64,000 bases of DNA from Thiohalomonadaceae bacterium (GCA_050179875.1 JBFXES010000001.1:2995-66994), one strand, 5' to 3'. Shown: positions 10,666 to 19,086, counted from the first letter of the stretch. The notes: a model not told the origin generated them from the sequence alone. Numbers and translations: made by a program.

Positions 10666-10832
10666 GGCCGCGCACCTCCGGCGTGGAGGCGTGCGCGACC
10701 GCCGTGGGCCTGCGCTGCATCAGGCAGGGACCGCAGCCAGGCGCCGCGCGCCTGGGCGGGATCGATAGCCGGGGAGATCCCGGACGTCAGGGGCCGGCCC
10801 GCGGACAGGCGGCCCGAAAAACGGGTAGGCAT
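10662..10832 (-). CDS. possible 56-codon ORF translationally coupled to cusB
   Basis: ATG at 10832 preceded by AGGAG (7-nt spacing). Stop TGA overlaps the cusB ATG (ATGA). GC3 about 80%. Below the 60-aa cutoff of the ORF track. The Arg/Ala/Gly-rich sequence could also arise by chance. Confidence 0.3.
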   Translation of the reverse strand: MPTRFSGRLSAGRPLTSGISPAIDPAQARGAWLRSLPDAAQAHGGRARLHAGGARP

Positions 10833-10883
10833 GACAACACTCCTGTACGGTCGTGGGAAAGGCGACGACGCGTCAGGGGTGTA

Positions 10884-11291
10884 TCAAATCAGCAGGACCC
10901 GGAATCCGAGGGCGGGGGGAAAGGCGGGTAGGGGTGTCTGGGCGGCGAGCCGTGATGAACGGGCGGGATCGCCCGCGTCGACGGCCGGCAGACGCAGCAG
11001 CGGCGCCACCACGGCCAGCGCGGGATGGAGATCGCCATCGGAGACGGACGGCTTGGGTGCCGCCTGCTTCTCCACGGCGGAAAGCACCGGGCAGTCCTGG
11101 TCCAGGCAGCCCGTGTCCGCGGCGGCATCCGCCGCAGGGTGGTCCATGCCGCCGTGATGGCCGTGGTGTTCGTGCATGGCGGCGGGCGCCGGCGCAGGCG
11201 CTTCCGGCTGCGCTGTGGCGCAGGGCGGAAAGACCACCGTCAGCCAGACCAGGGTGAACAGGGTCACCCAGATCCTGGTGAAGCGGTGCAT
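10884..11291 (-). CDS. small secreted/membrane His-rich protein (putative metal-binding, first gene of the cus cluster)
   Basis: Start at MHRFTRIW. Hydrophobic N-terminus, then HEHHGHHGGMDH and CLDQDC motifs. Same strand as, and upstream of, cusB. Confidence 0.6.
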   Translation of the reverse strand: MHRFTRIWVTLFTLVWLTVVFPPCATAQPEAPAPAPAAMHEHHGHHGGMDHPAADAAADTGCLDQDCPVLSAVEKQAAPKPSVSDGDLHPALAVVAPLLRLPAVDAGDPARSSRLAAQTPLPAFPPALGFRVLLI

Positions 11292-11474
11292 CTTGTTGCG
11301 CAGGCGGTGCAGCACGTGAAAATCCGTCGCTGGAACGTCAGCCGATTATGTGTCCAGCCCGATGCGGCCGGCAAGCCCGGAGGGTCCGGCGCGTGATGGC
11401 GGCCGCATCGGCCCAAAGTCTTCAGAGCGCCGGGGGGAGCCCGGGGTTCCCGGCTCCGGCCGGACGCCGGTGGC

Positions 11475-12065
11475 TCAAAGCACCGCGAGCAGCGCCAGCG
11501 CAAACGTCGCCCCCGTGACCGCGAAGGCGATCAAGGCCACCAGCCCGTCACCGGCGAGCAGGGCCAGGGAAAAGGCGAGCAGCGCTGCGCCGAGGCCGTT
11601 GGCGCTGAAGGGGATGAACTCCGAGGCAGGCATGGCCGCGGCCACCAGCAGGCAGGCGATGGCCACCGCATACGTGCCCGCGCCCTGGGTCAGCGCGGTG
11701 AGCCTGGGCCGCAGCAGGTGATCCACGAAGCGCGCGGGCCTGCGCATCCAGCCGACCGCCTTGCACAGCCGCTCGCGGGTGACGGAACGCTTCAGCATCC
11801 ACTGCGGCAGCCACACGTATCTCCTTCCGAGCAGCAACTGCCCTGCGGTGAGCGCCACCAGCACGGCCATGAGCGTGGGCACGCCCGGGATGTCGCCGAT
11901 CACCGGCGCCGACGTGATCAGGCCCGCGAGCAGGAGCAGGGGACTGAACGAGGTCCGTCCCACTTCTTCCAGGATCTCGCCCAGGGTGACCCGAGCGTCC
12001 GCGTCGACGGCCTGCTCCACCCGATCGAGCAGCTGTTCGAGATTGCGCACCTTGCCGGCAACCAT
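11475..12065 (-). CDS. exopolysaccharide biosynthesis protein ExoD family
   Basis: Start at MVAGKVRNLEQLLD. Reads as ExoD-like: GEILEEVGRTSFSPLLLLAGLI...VIGDIPGVPT, multiple TM segments. Confidence 0.8.
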   Translation of the reverse strand: MVAGKVRNLEQLLDRVEQAVDADARVTLGEILEEVGRTSFSPLLLLAGLITSAPVIGDIPGVPTLMAVLVALTAGQLLLGRRYVWLPQWMLKRSVTRERLCKAVGWMRRPARFVDHLLRPRLTALTQGAGTYAVAIACLLVAAAMPASEFIPFSANGLGAALLAFSLALLAGDGLVALIAFAVTGATFALALLAVL

Positions 12066-12171
12066 GGAGTGAGCGAAGCACAGCTTTCCGAGCGCTGCCT
12101 GCCTCGATAGACGAATTCCATGCAGCGTGCGCGGGCGTAAGGATAAAGCGCATCGCTGTCGCTGCCTCCAT

Positions 12172-12210
12172 GAAAATTCGCAATCACGCATGGCGCGGTT
12201 GCGAATTCTC
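12172..12210. promoter_or_regulatory. 12-bp-arm inverted repeat (candidate operator) in the exoD / molybdoenzyme divergent intergenic region
   Basis: GAAAATTCGCAA (12172-12183), then N15, then TTGCGAATTCTC (12199-12210). 11/12 positions are complementary. About 130 nt upstream of the ATG at 12339. Confidence 0.4.
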
Positions 12211-12338
12211 AATGAGCACCTGCATGAACGCTTGGTAATTTCCTTAGCCAATCCGTTTCACGAACTGCATCGTTTCTTCAGACGAGCCGATTTTCTCTTC
12301 CTCACAAGGGAAGAGCTTGACCACCAGAGGAGTGAATC

Positions 12339-15122
12339 ATGACCTGGGCGTTCCCACGCCTGTCCCGTCGTGCGTTTCTGAAAACGACGGGATGCGGCGC
12401 CGCCGGCCTTTCCCTGCTGAAACCGTCCAGCCTCATCGGCAAGACCGCAGATGCCGAAGACCTCGTCGAGCAAAGCTACAGCATCTGCAATTTCTGCTCG
12501 TCCCTTTGCAACCTGCGCGTCACCACGCGCACGGTGAACGGCGTCAAGCGCATCACCAAGCTGGACGGCAATCCCAACTCCACGCTCAACCGCGGAAAGA
12601 TCTGCGCGCGCGGTCAGTCTGGCCTGCGCCAGACCTATGACAGCGATCGTTTGAAGACACCCCTCATCCGCGTCGCGGGCAGCAAGCGCGGCGAATGGGC
12701 TTTCCGCGCCGCCACCTGGGACGAGGCCTGGGAGTACATCGCCCAGCGCAACAAGGAAAAGGCGATCCACCCTTCCGAGTGGACCATGGTGGGCGGCTGG
12801 ACCTCCTGCGTGTTCTACATGAACTGGGCCGTGCCCTTCGCCATGGCCAACCAGGTGCCCAACATCGTCGCCTCGCCCATGCAGCATTGCGTGACCACCG
12901 GACACCTGGGCACCGATCTCGTCACCGGCAACTTCAACATCCATGACGAGGTGCTGCCGGACTACGACAACGCGCGCTACATCCTGTTCGTGGCCAACAA
13001 CGCCTCCATCGGCGCCGTCTCCACCTGCCGCATGGTGCGCTTCGCCACCGGCCGCAAGCGCGGCGCCAAGGTGGTGGCGCTGGACTCGCGCCTCTCGGAG
13101 ACGGCGGCGAAAGCGGACGAATGGATCGCCATCCGGCCCGGCACGGATCTCGATTTCCTGCTGGCCATGATGAAGGTGATGATGGAAGAGGGCCATTACG
13201 ACGCCCTGTTCCTCAAGCGTCACTCCAACATGCCGTTCCTCGTCCATCGCGACGACGAAGGCGAATGGCACCTCGCGCTTGATGCGCAGGGCCGCCCGCG
13301 CGTGGTCGCCGAGGGCACCCGTCGCGTCCATACCCTGCCCGCCTACAGCAACGCCAATGCCGTGGACGTCGAGGGCGCGAGCGTGGATGCCGCGCTGCAC
13401 GCGCCGGACGGCCTGCGCGTGGACGGGCGCGAAGTGATCACCGTTTTCCAGGCGCAACTCCGGGAACTGGCGCAATACACGCCGGAGTGGGCCTCCCGGA
13501 GCACCGGCGTTCCCGCGGAGACCATTGCGCGCATCGCCCGCGAGTTCGGCACCACGCGCCCGGCCATCGTGGATCCGGGCTGGCACGGCGCGCGCTACGG
13601 CAACATGATGATGCTGCGCCGGGTGCAGGCCATGATCCAGGCGCTCACCGGCGGCATCGACAAGGAAGGCGGCTGGATGATGAGCGGCGAGTTCCATCAC
13701 AAGGCCGCCAGCATGATCAAGGCGCAGGCCAAGGGCCACGATGCGGGCCCGCCTCTGGCCGCGCTCGCCGGCATGCACTTCGCGCGCATGGTGATCGGCA
13801 CCTTCAGCAACGGCGCCAACTTCTCCCATGGCCGGCCGGGTTGGGCCTGGGCCTATAGCGCGCAGCAGAAGGCGGAAGGAAAGCCCTACGTGGCCCTGCC
13901 CGTGATGGCGGATACCGGCCTGCTGGAATCGGTGCGCGGCAAGCTGGATTACGAAGGCGAGCCGTACAAGACCCGCGCCTTCCTGATCAATGCCGCCAAC
14001 CCGGTGCGTCACTACTATCCGGACAGCCGCTGGAAGGACATCCTGGGGCACGAGAACGTGGAACTGGTGGTGGCCATCGACGTGCTCCCTTCGGACACCG
14101 CCGCCTATGCCGACGTGATCCTGCCCAACAGCAGTTACCTGGAGCGTGACGAACCCGTGCTGTACGGCAACGGCGTCAACCACGACCTGGCGCTGACCAC
14201 ACGCTATGCCGCCATCGAGCCCATGTACGACACGGAAGAGACGCCGGACATGCTGCTCAAGATGACCCGGATCATCAGCGGCAACGAAGACGGCTTCCTG
14301 GAATGGGTGGAAAAGCTCACCGGCCTGCCGGCCGCGGAGGTGAAGGCCGCCTACGCGCGCCGCAACCAGCCCGGCGTGAAGGGCGCGTTTTCTGCCGCCT
14401 GCCGCGAGGTGTCGTTCAACCAGGCGGCGAAACGCCTCGGCACGTCCGCCCAGGAGATCGACCTGGCGCTGCGCGCCCGCGGCGTGCTCATGGAGGAACC
14501 GCGCGAGGAATTGCTCAAGCACACCGCCATGCCGCGCGTGCTGCCGCTGCCCACCGACTCGGGCCGCATCGAGTTCTTCAGCCCGCTGTTCCACGGCCTG
14601 CGCCAAGGCGGCGCGCGCCAGCCCAATTTCTCCGTGCTCGCCACCCACATCCCTGCCCAGTGCCGCGGCATGACGCCGACGCACGAGCCGTTGGAGAAGG
14701 ACGAGTTCTATTTCACCTACGGCAAGTCGCCCACGGTGTCCTACGCCTCCACCAACAGCAACAACCCGGTGCTGGCGGCGATCAACGAATTCAAGCAGGA
14801 CATCTACACCGGCATCTGGATCCATCCCGAGCGCGCCCAGGCCCTGGGCCTGCGCACCGGTGATCGCATCCGCCTCACCAACACCCGCTCGGGACAGCAG
14901 GCGGACGGCAAGGTCTACGTGACGCGCCAGGTGCACCGCGAGGCCCTGTTCCTGTACTCGTCGTTCGGCGCGGAGAACAAGGCGCTCACGCGCGCCCACG
15001 GCATCGGCACCGCCACCAGCAAGCTGATCCCCTATGACGTGGAACCGGTGGTGGCCGGTTTTCGCTCCCAGGAGTTCACCGTCAAGGTGACCAGGCTGAA
15101 CGAGAAAGGAGGTGTGGCATGA
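12339..15122 (+). CDS. Tat-exported molybdopterin oxidoreductase catalytic subunit (Psr/Phs/Ttr/Arr-type, DMSO reductase family)
   Basis: 927 aa. RBS AGAGGAG. Twin-arginine signal RLSRRAFLK. C-x2-C-x3-C-x31-C FeS motif (CNFCSSLC...KIC). Molybdopterin-binding homology throughout. Confidence 0.92.
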   Translation: MTWAFPRLSRRAFLKTTGCGAAGLSLLKPSSLIGKTADAEDLVEQSYSICNFCSSLCNLRVTTRTVNGVKRITKLDGNPNSTLNRGKICARGQSGLRQTYDSDRLKTPLIRVAGSKRGEWAFRAATWDEAWEYIAQRNKEKAIHPSEWTMVGGWTSCVFYMNWAVPFAMANQVPNIVASPMQHCVTTGHLGTDLVTGNFNIHDEVLPDYDNARYILFVANNASIGAVSTCRMVRFATGRKRGAKVVALDSRLSETAAKADEWIAIRPGTDLDFLLAMMKVMMEEGHYDALFLKRHSNMPFLVHRDDEGEWHLALDAQGRPRVVAEGTRRVHTLPAYSNANAVDVEGASVDAALHAPDGLRVDGREVITVFQAQLRELAQYTPEWASRSTGVPAETIARIAREFGTTRPAIVDPGWHGARYGNMMMLRRVQAMIQALTGGIDKEGGWMMSGEFHHKAASMIKAQAKGHDAGPPLAALAGMHFARMVIGTFSNGANFSHGRPGWAWAYSAQQKAEGKPYVALPVMADTGLLESVRGKLDYEGEPYKTRAFLINAANPVRHYYPDSRWKDILGHENVELVVAIDVLPSDTAAYADVILPNSSYLERDEPVLYGNGVNHDLALTTRYAAIEPMYDTEETPDMLLKMTRIISGNEDGFLEWVEKLTGLPAAEVKAAYARRNQPGVKGAFSAACREVSFNQAAKRLGTSAQEIDLALRARGVLMEEPREELLKHTAMPRVLPLPTDSGRIEFFSPLFHGLRQGGARQPNFSVLATHIPAQCRGMTPTHEPLEKDEFYFTYGKSPTVSYASTNSNNPVLAAINEFKQDIYTGIWIHPERAQALGLRTGDRIRLTNTRSGQQADGKVYVTRQVHREALFLYSSFGAENKALTRAHGIGTATSKLIPYDVEPVVAGFRSQEFTVKVTRLNEKGGVA

Positions 15123-15733
15123 CCCGTTACGCCATGGTCATCGACCTCAATACCTGCGTGGGCTGCAACGCCTGCATGGCCGCCTGCGCCATGGAGAACC
15201 AGACGCCCGTCTGGAAGGGCCAGTGGCGCACCTACGTGCACGACAAGGAGATCGGCTCCGGCGAGGACGTGCATCGGCGCTTCTTCCCGCGCCTGTGCAA
15301 TCACTGCGACAACGCGCCCTGCCTGTCCGTGTGCCCGACGGGCGCCACCTATCGCCTCGACAACGGCATCATCAAGGTGGACGAGTCCCGCTGCATGGGC
15401 TGTCGCGCCTGCGCCATGGCCTGTCCCTACAACGCGCGCATCGAGGTCACCTACGCCGACGTCGCCAAGGGGCGCGAGTTCTACGGCACCGACTATCGCC
15501 GCAAGAACCCCAGCATGGACAAGTGCACCTTCTGCGACCACCGCGTGGCCGAGGGGCGCAAGCCCGCCTGCGTGGAGACCTGCGTGGGTTCGGCGCGCAT
15601 GTTCGGCGATCTGCACGACCCCAATGACCCGGTGGCGCAACTGGTCGCCAGCGGCGTGGCGCAGCCCCTGATGCCCCATCTCGGCACCAGGCCGCACGTG
15701 TTCTACATCGGTGATCTCAAGAGGAAGGGCTGA
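15119..15733 (+). CDS. 4Fe-4S ferredoxin subunit (PsrB/NrfC-type, four clusters)
   Basis: 204 aa. Cys groups: CVGCNACMAAC, CNHCDNAPC, CMGCRACAMAC, CTFCDHR...C..C. ATGA overlap with the A subunit. Confidence 0.92.
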   Translation: MTRYAMVIDLNTCVGCNACMAACAMENQTPVWKGQWRTYVHDKEIGSGEDVHRRFFPRLCNHCDNAPCLSVCPTGATYRLDNGIIKVDESRCMGCRACAMACPYNARIEVTYADVAKGREFYGTDYRRKNPSMDKCTFCDHRVAEGRKPACVETCVGSARMFGDLHDPNDPVAQLVASGVAQPLMPHLGTRPHVFYIGDLKRKG

Positions 15734-16695
15734 TGGATACCAACGTAACGTTTGCCACCCAGGAGATCTGGACCTGGTGGATCGCCGTCTACCTGTATCT
15801 GGGCGGCCTGGGCGCGGCCACGCTGGCGGTCACCTTCCTTACCGACATGTACCTCAAGCCTCATCGTGAACTGGTGCTGTGGGGCGCATTCTCGGGCATC
15901 GCCATGCTGGGACTGGGCTCGCTCATGCTGTTCGGGCATCTGCTCAACCACGTGGCGGTGATCCACGTGCTCAACCCGCTGGTGCTGTTCCAGCAGCCGC
16001 AGGCGTGGATCGCCTGGGGCACGCAGTTCATCGTGTGGATGATGTGGTGGGGCGTGTTCTACGCGCTGCCGTACATGCTGGAGTCGCCCTTCTTCATGCG
16101 CGTGCCCGTGCTGGGCCGCGTGCTCGACTGGGGGCCGGTGCGCGCGCTGTCGGCGAAGTTCTGCCTGCGCTACCACAAGGCCATCGGCTGGCTCGCCACC
16201 ATCAACGGCATCGGCACGGCGGTGTACACGGGCCTGCTGCTGCAGTCCTTCCCCGCGGTGGCGCTGTGGCACAACCCGGGTGTGCCGCTGCTGTTCACGG
16301 TGTCGGCGTTCTCCACGGCGCTCGCCTACCTGCTGCTGGTGCTCACGCTGGCGATCAAGCGCGAAGAGGACAGGCCCATCCACGTGTTCTACGAGCGCAC
16401 CGACGTGATGCTCATCGCCGGCGAACTGGTCATCCTGTTCTCCTTCTTCTTCTACCTGAACTCCGGGCCGGCCTCGGCCATGGAATCTGCCGCCCTGCTG
16501 TGGAGCGACCTCGGCTGGGTCATCGGTTTCATCGGCTTCGGCCTGGTGGTTCCGCTGCTGCTGGAGTTGCGCTGCGCCCTGCGCGGGTCGCTGAGTCACG
16601 GCCCGGTCGTGCTGGCCTCGCTGCTGGTGTTGTTCGGCGGCTATCTGCTGCGCCATTACTTCCTCGCCGCGGGCGTCTACGCCTATCCGTGGTGA
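15733..16695 (+). CDS. NrfD/PsrC-type integral membrane quinol-interacting subunit
   Basis: 320 aa with about 8 hydrophobic segments. Starts 1 nt after the B stop region (TGATG). Confidence 0.85.
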   Translation: MDTNVTFATQEIWTWWIAVYLYLGGLGAATLAVTFLTDMYLKPHRELVLWGAFSGIAMLGLGSLMLFGHLLNHVAVIHVLNPLVLFQQPQAWIAWGTQFIVWMMWWGVFYALPYMLESPFFMRVPVLGRVLDWGPVRALSAKFCLRYHKAIGWLATINGIGTAVYTGLLLQSFPAVALWHNPGVPLLFTVSAFSTALAYLLLVLTLAIKREEDRPIHVFYERTDVMLIAGELVILFSFFFYLNSGPASAMESAALLWSDLGWVIGFIGFGLVVPLLLELRCALRGSLSHGPVVLASLLVLFGGYLLRHYFLAAGVYAYPW

Positions 16696-16700
16696 CGCCC

Positions 16701-17234
16701 ATGGACGCCGCCGAACTGCGGCTGCTGGCCGATCTGCTGGGGGCGCCCGACGCGGGCGCCCTCGAACTGTTGCAGGAGGCCGCCGCGCGCTGGCCCTGGC
16801 TGGCGGAGCCGGCAGCGGAGCTGGCGCAACTCCCCCTCGATCAGTGGCAGGGCGAGCACACACGCCTGTTCATCGCGGGCTATCCGCACACGCCGTGCCC
16901 GCCCTTCGCCTCCAGCTGGACCGAGCAGCGCATGCACGGCGGCGCCATGGAGGCCCTGATCCGCTTCTACGCGGAACTGGGCCTGGAAACCGCGCTCATG
17001 CCCGCCGACTTCCTCGGCACCATCCTGGAGTGCGCGGCCCTGCTCGCGGAAGACCAGACGTTGCAGGAGGCACGGGCACGGCTGTGGTGCGACCACCTGC
17101 TGCCCTGGTTGCCTGCATTCAGCGCGGCGTTGGCGCGCGAGAGCAGGCTCGTCGTATACCGCGCCCTGGCGCAGAGACTGGACCACGCGATCCATGAATA
17201 CCGCATGGCAACTGCCGCCGCCGGCGCTGCTTGA
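16701..17234 (+). CDS. TorD/DmsD-family redox enzyme maturation chaperone
   Basis: Motif GEHTRLF..GYPHTPCPPFASSW. The PADFLGTILE..L pattern is typical of TorD-like proteins. Start is either ATG 16701 or GTG 16692, which overlaps the upstream TGA. Confidence 0.8.
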   Translation: MDAAELRLLADLLGAPDAGALELLQEAAARWPWLAEPAAELAQLPLDQWQGEHTRLFIAGYPHTPCPPFASSWTEQRMHGGAMEALIRFYAELGLETALMPADFLGTILECAALLAEDQTLQEARARLWCDHLLPWLPAFSAALARESRLVVYRALAQRLDHAIHEYRMATAAAGAA

Positions 17235-17757
17235 AGACGACGGCAGGCTGACCGCCGCCGTGGAGACGGCCTTCGCGGAACTCTATCGCGAGGTGCTGTG
17301 CGACGAACCGACGGTGAACCACGGCCTGCCCATCGTCACCCGCGCCTTCCGCAGCATCGGTCCCTGGCGCGTGTTCCTGCTGCTCACGCCCTGGATGCTG
17401 GCGCGCGTGCTGATTCCCGCCGAGCCGCCCGCCCTCGACCTGCCCGAGGACTGGCATGTGTCGCGACGCGCCGGGGCTGCGCCCGTGGTGCTCGGACCGC
17501 TGCTCACCTTCAGCCTGCTCGAAACACCCCAGAGGGCCCACCTCAACCACCATCCCGCCTTCGGCCATTACCTGCTCCAGCCGTTGATCCTCGCCATGGA
17601 AAACTACCGCGATGCCGACGCGGTGTTCGCCGCCTGGAACGAGGTGCTGCGCACCCGTGACGAGAACATGAAGCGGCTGGCGCGCGACTGCCCCATGCAG
17701 CGGGAGCTGTCGCGGCGCGAGTTTTTCCGGGGCGTGTTCGCGGCGCGCGGGGACTGA
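17194..17757 (+). CDS. HybE-family ([NiFe]-hydrogenase-type) Tat chaperone-like protein
   Basis: 187 aa. FLLLTPWMLARVLIP and FGHYLLQPLILAME match my memory of E. coli HybE (CVITPWMLSAVIFP, SQYLSCSLMSPL). An alternative GTG start at 17257 would remove the 41-nt overlap with the TorD-like gene. Confidence 0.7.
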   Translation: MNTAWQLPPPALLEDDGRLTAAVETAFAELYREVLCDEPTVNHGLPIVTRAFRSIGPWRVFLLLTPWMLARVLIPAEPPALDLPEDWHVSRRAGAAPVVLGPLLTFSLLETPQRAHLNHHPAFGHYLLQPLILAMENYRDADAVFAAWNEVLRTRDENMKRLARDCPMQRELSRREFFRGVFAARGD

Positions 17758-17890
17758 GCGCCCGCACATATAGCGCTCCCGCGCATGCGGCCTCGCTGCT
17801 TTGTGCAGGCGCCATCGCGCTCCAGGTAATGGAGTTTTCGCACGCGGCGCACTATGGCTTATACAAAGAGCACCCTTGGGAGCTTTTGTC

Positions 17891-18262
17891 ATGGTGACGC
17901 GGAAGATCCTCTACGCGGCAGCGGCGTTGTCGCTGGCCGCCTGCGGCGGACCGGACGTGGCCCGGCCCAGCAATGAGCTGAACATGGCCGCCCAGGCCAT
18001 GGAGCGTGCACGCCAGGCGAACGCCTATGAGTTCGCCTCGTTCGAAATGACTGCGGCGGATCGCAAGCTGCAACGGGCGCGCGACCTCGCAGCCTCGGAC
18101 GAGGACGACGACCGCATCGAAGCGCGTCGTCTGGCCGAACAGGTGACGGTGGATGCGCGTCTCGCCGAGGCCAAGGCGCGGCTGGCGCGCAGCGAGAAAG
18201 TGGAGTCCGAGATGTCGGAGGCCGTGGACGCCTTGCGCAACGGCCGGGGAGGTGTGCGATGA
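17891..18262 (+). CDS. DUF4398-like lipoprotein
   Basis: Start at MVTRKILY. Lipobox LSLAACG. Helical A/E/R-rich body. 4-nt overlap with the downstream OmpA-family gene. Confidence 0.75.
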   Translation: MVTRKILYAAAALSLAACGGPDVARPSNELNMAAQAMERARQANAYEFASFEMTAADRKLQRARDLAASDEDDDRIEARRLAEQVTVDARLAEAKARLARSEKVESEMSEAVDALRNGRGGVR

Positions 18263-19071
18263 AGATCCCGTCGCTGTGGCTCGCCCTTGCACTGACCGCC
18301 TTCCTGGGCGCGGCCGGCTGCGCCACGCAGCCCAAGGACAATGCGCGCATCGAACAGGCAGAAGACGAGTTGAACATGCTCAAGCAGGACACGGCCGTGC
18401 AGGCGTACGGCGCGAGCGCCCTGCTGGATGCGGAAGAGGCCCTCAAACGCGCCGAGCGGGCGCACGAGAAAGGCGATCGCTCCGCCCGTGACCACCAGAT
18501 CTACCTGGCCCAGCGTCACATGGAGATCGCCCGCGTGTCCGCCCAGCGCGGCCAGACCGACGAGGAGGTGAGCCGGCTGGCCGAGGAGCGCGATCGGCTC
18601 GCGCTGGAATCCCGCGAGCGCGAGTTGGCCGCGCGCCAGTCCGAACTGGAGGAGGCGCAGGAGCGCACCCGCGAGCTGGAGGCGGAACTGGCGGCGCTGG
18701 AGGCGCGGCGCACGGCCCGTGGCCTGATGCTCACCCTGGATGACGTGTTTTTCCAGACCGCCAGTGCGAACATCGCGCCGGGGGCCACCTCCACCATCGA
18801 CAAGGTGGCCGAGGTGTTGGAGGACAAACCGGATCAGCGCATCGTCATCGAGGGGCACACCGACTCCGTCGGCACGGCGTCGTACAACCAGCGTCTTTCG
18901 GAGCTAAGGGCGCAGGCGGTGAAGGACCTGATCGTCGCGCGCGGCATCGACGCCGAACGCATCGCCATCTACGGCTACGGCGAAAGCCGGCCCGTGGCCA
19001 GCAACGAAAACGCCGCCGGTCGCCAGCTCAACCGGCGCGTGGAGATCGTGTTCCCGGATACGGCGCAGTAG
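18259..19071 (+). CDS. OmpA-family peptidoglycan-binding lipoprotein
   Basis: Lipobox LGAAGC, coiled-coil middle, and C-terminal OmpA_C motif (IEGHTDSVGTASYNQRLSELRA). Confidence 0.9.
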   Translation: MKIPSLWLALALTAFLGAAGCATQPKDNARIEQAEDELNMLKQDTAVQAYGASALLDAEEALKRAERAHEKGDRSARDHQIYLAQRHMEIARVSAQRGQTDEEVSRLAEERDRLALESRERELAARQSELEEAQERTRELEAELAALEARRTARGLMLTLDDVFFQTASANIAPGATSTIDKVAEVLEDKPDQRIVIEGHTDSVGTASYNQRLSELRAQAVKDLIVARGIDAERIAIYGYGESRPVASNENAAGRQLNRRVEIVFPDTAQ

Positions 19072-19086
19072 CAGACATCGTGAGCG

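Noticed and set aside
12258-14999. 913-aa ORF on the minus strand, and similar long ORFs (5921-7306, 7197-8972, 9268-11157, 53438-54940, 54941-57073, 60209-62047 and others).
   Set aside because: They lie antisense or out of frame to genes with unmistakable homology (molybdoenzyme, cusA, cusB, purD, sulfatase, purH). Their translations are Arg/Gly/His/Ala-rich low-complexity sequence typical of shadow ORFs in high-GC DNA.
12339-15122. Assigning the molybdoenzyme as arsenate reductase/arsenite oxidase (Arr/Arx), tetrathionate reductase or a selenocysteine enzyme.
   Set aside because: There are no ars/arx accessory genes, and the remembered (R/K)GRY or GRGWG motifs are not clearly present (only ..VGGWTS..). 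The gene order is ABC rather than ttrBCA. No in-frame TGA exists, and a Cys (..SPMQHCVTTG..) occupies a plausible Mo-ligand position. Substrate left open.
17701-17757. The C-terminal SRREFFRG of the HybE-like ORF as the remnant of a deleted downstream Tat-substrate gene fused by deletion.
   Set aside because: As I recall, E. coli HybE also ends with an Arg-rich RRxLLFG-like motif, so this is more likely a family feature. There is no trace of a truncated coding region after the stop. Kept only as a note within the HybE finding.
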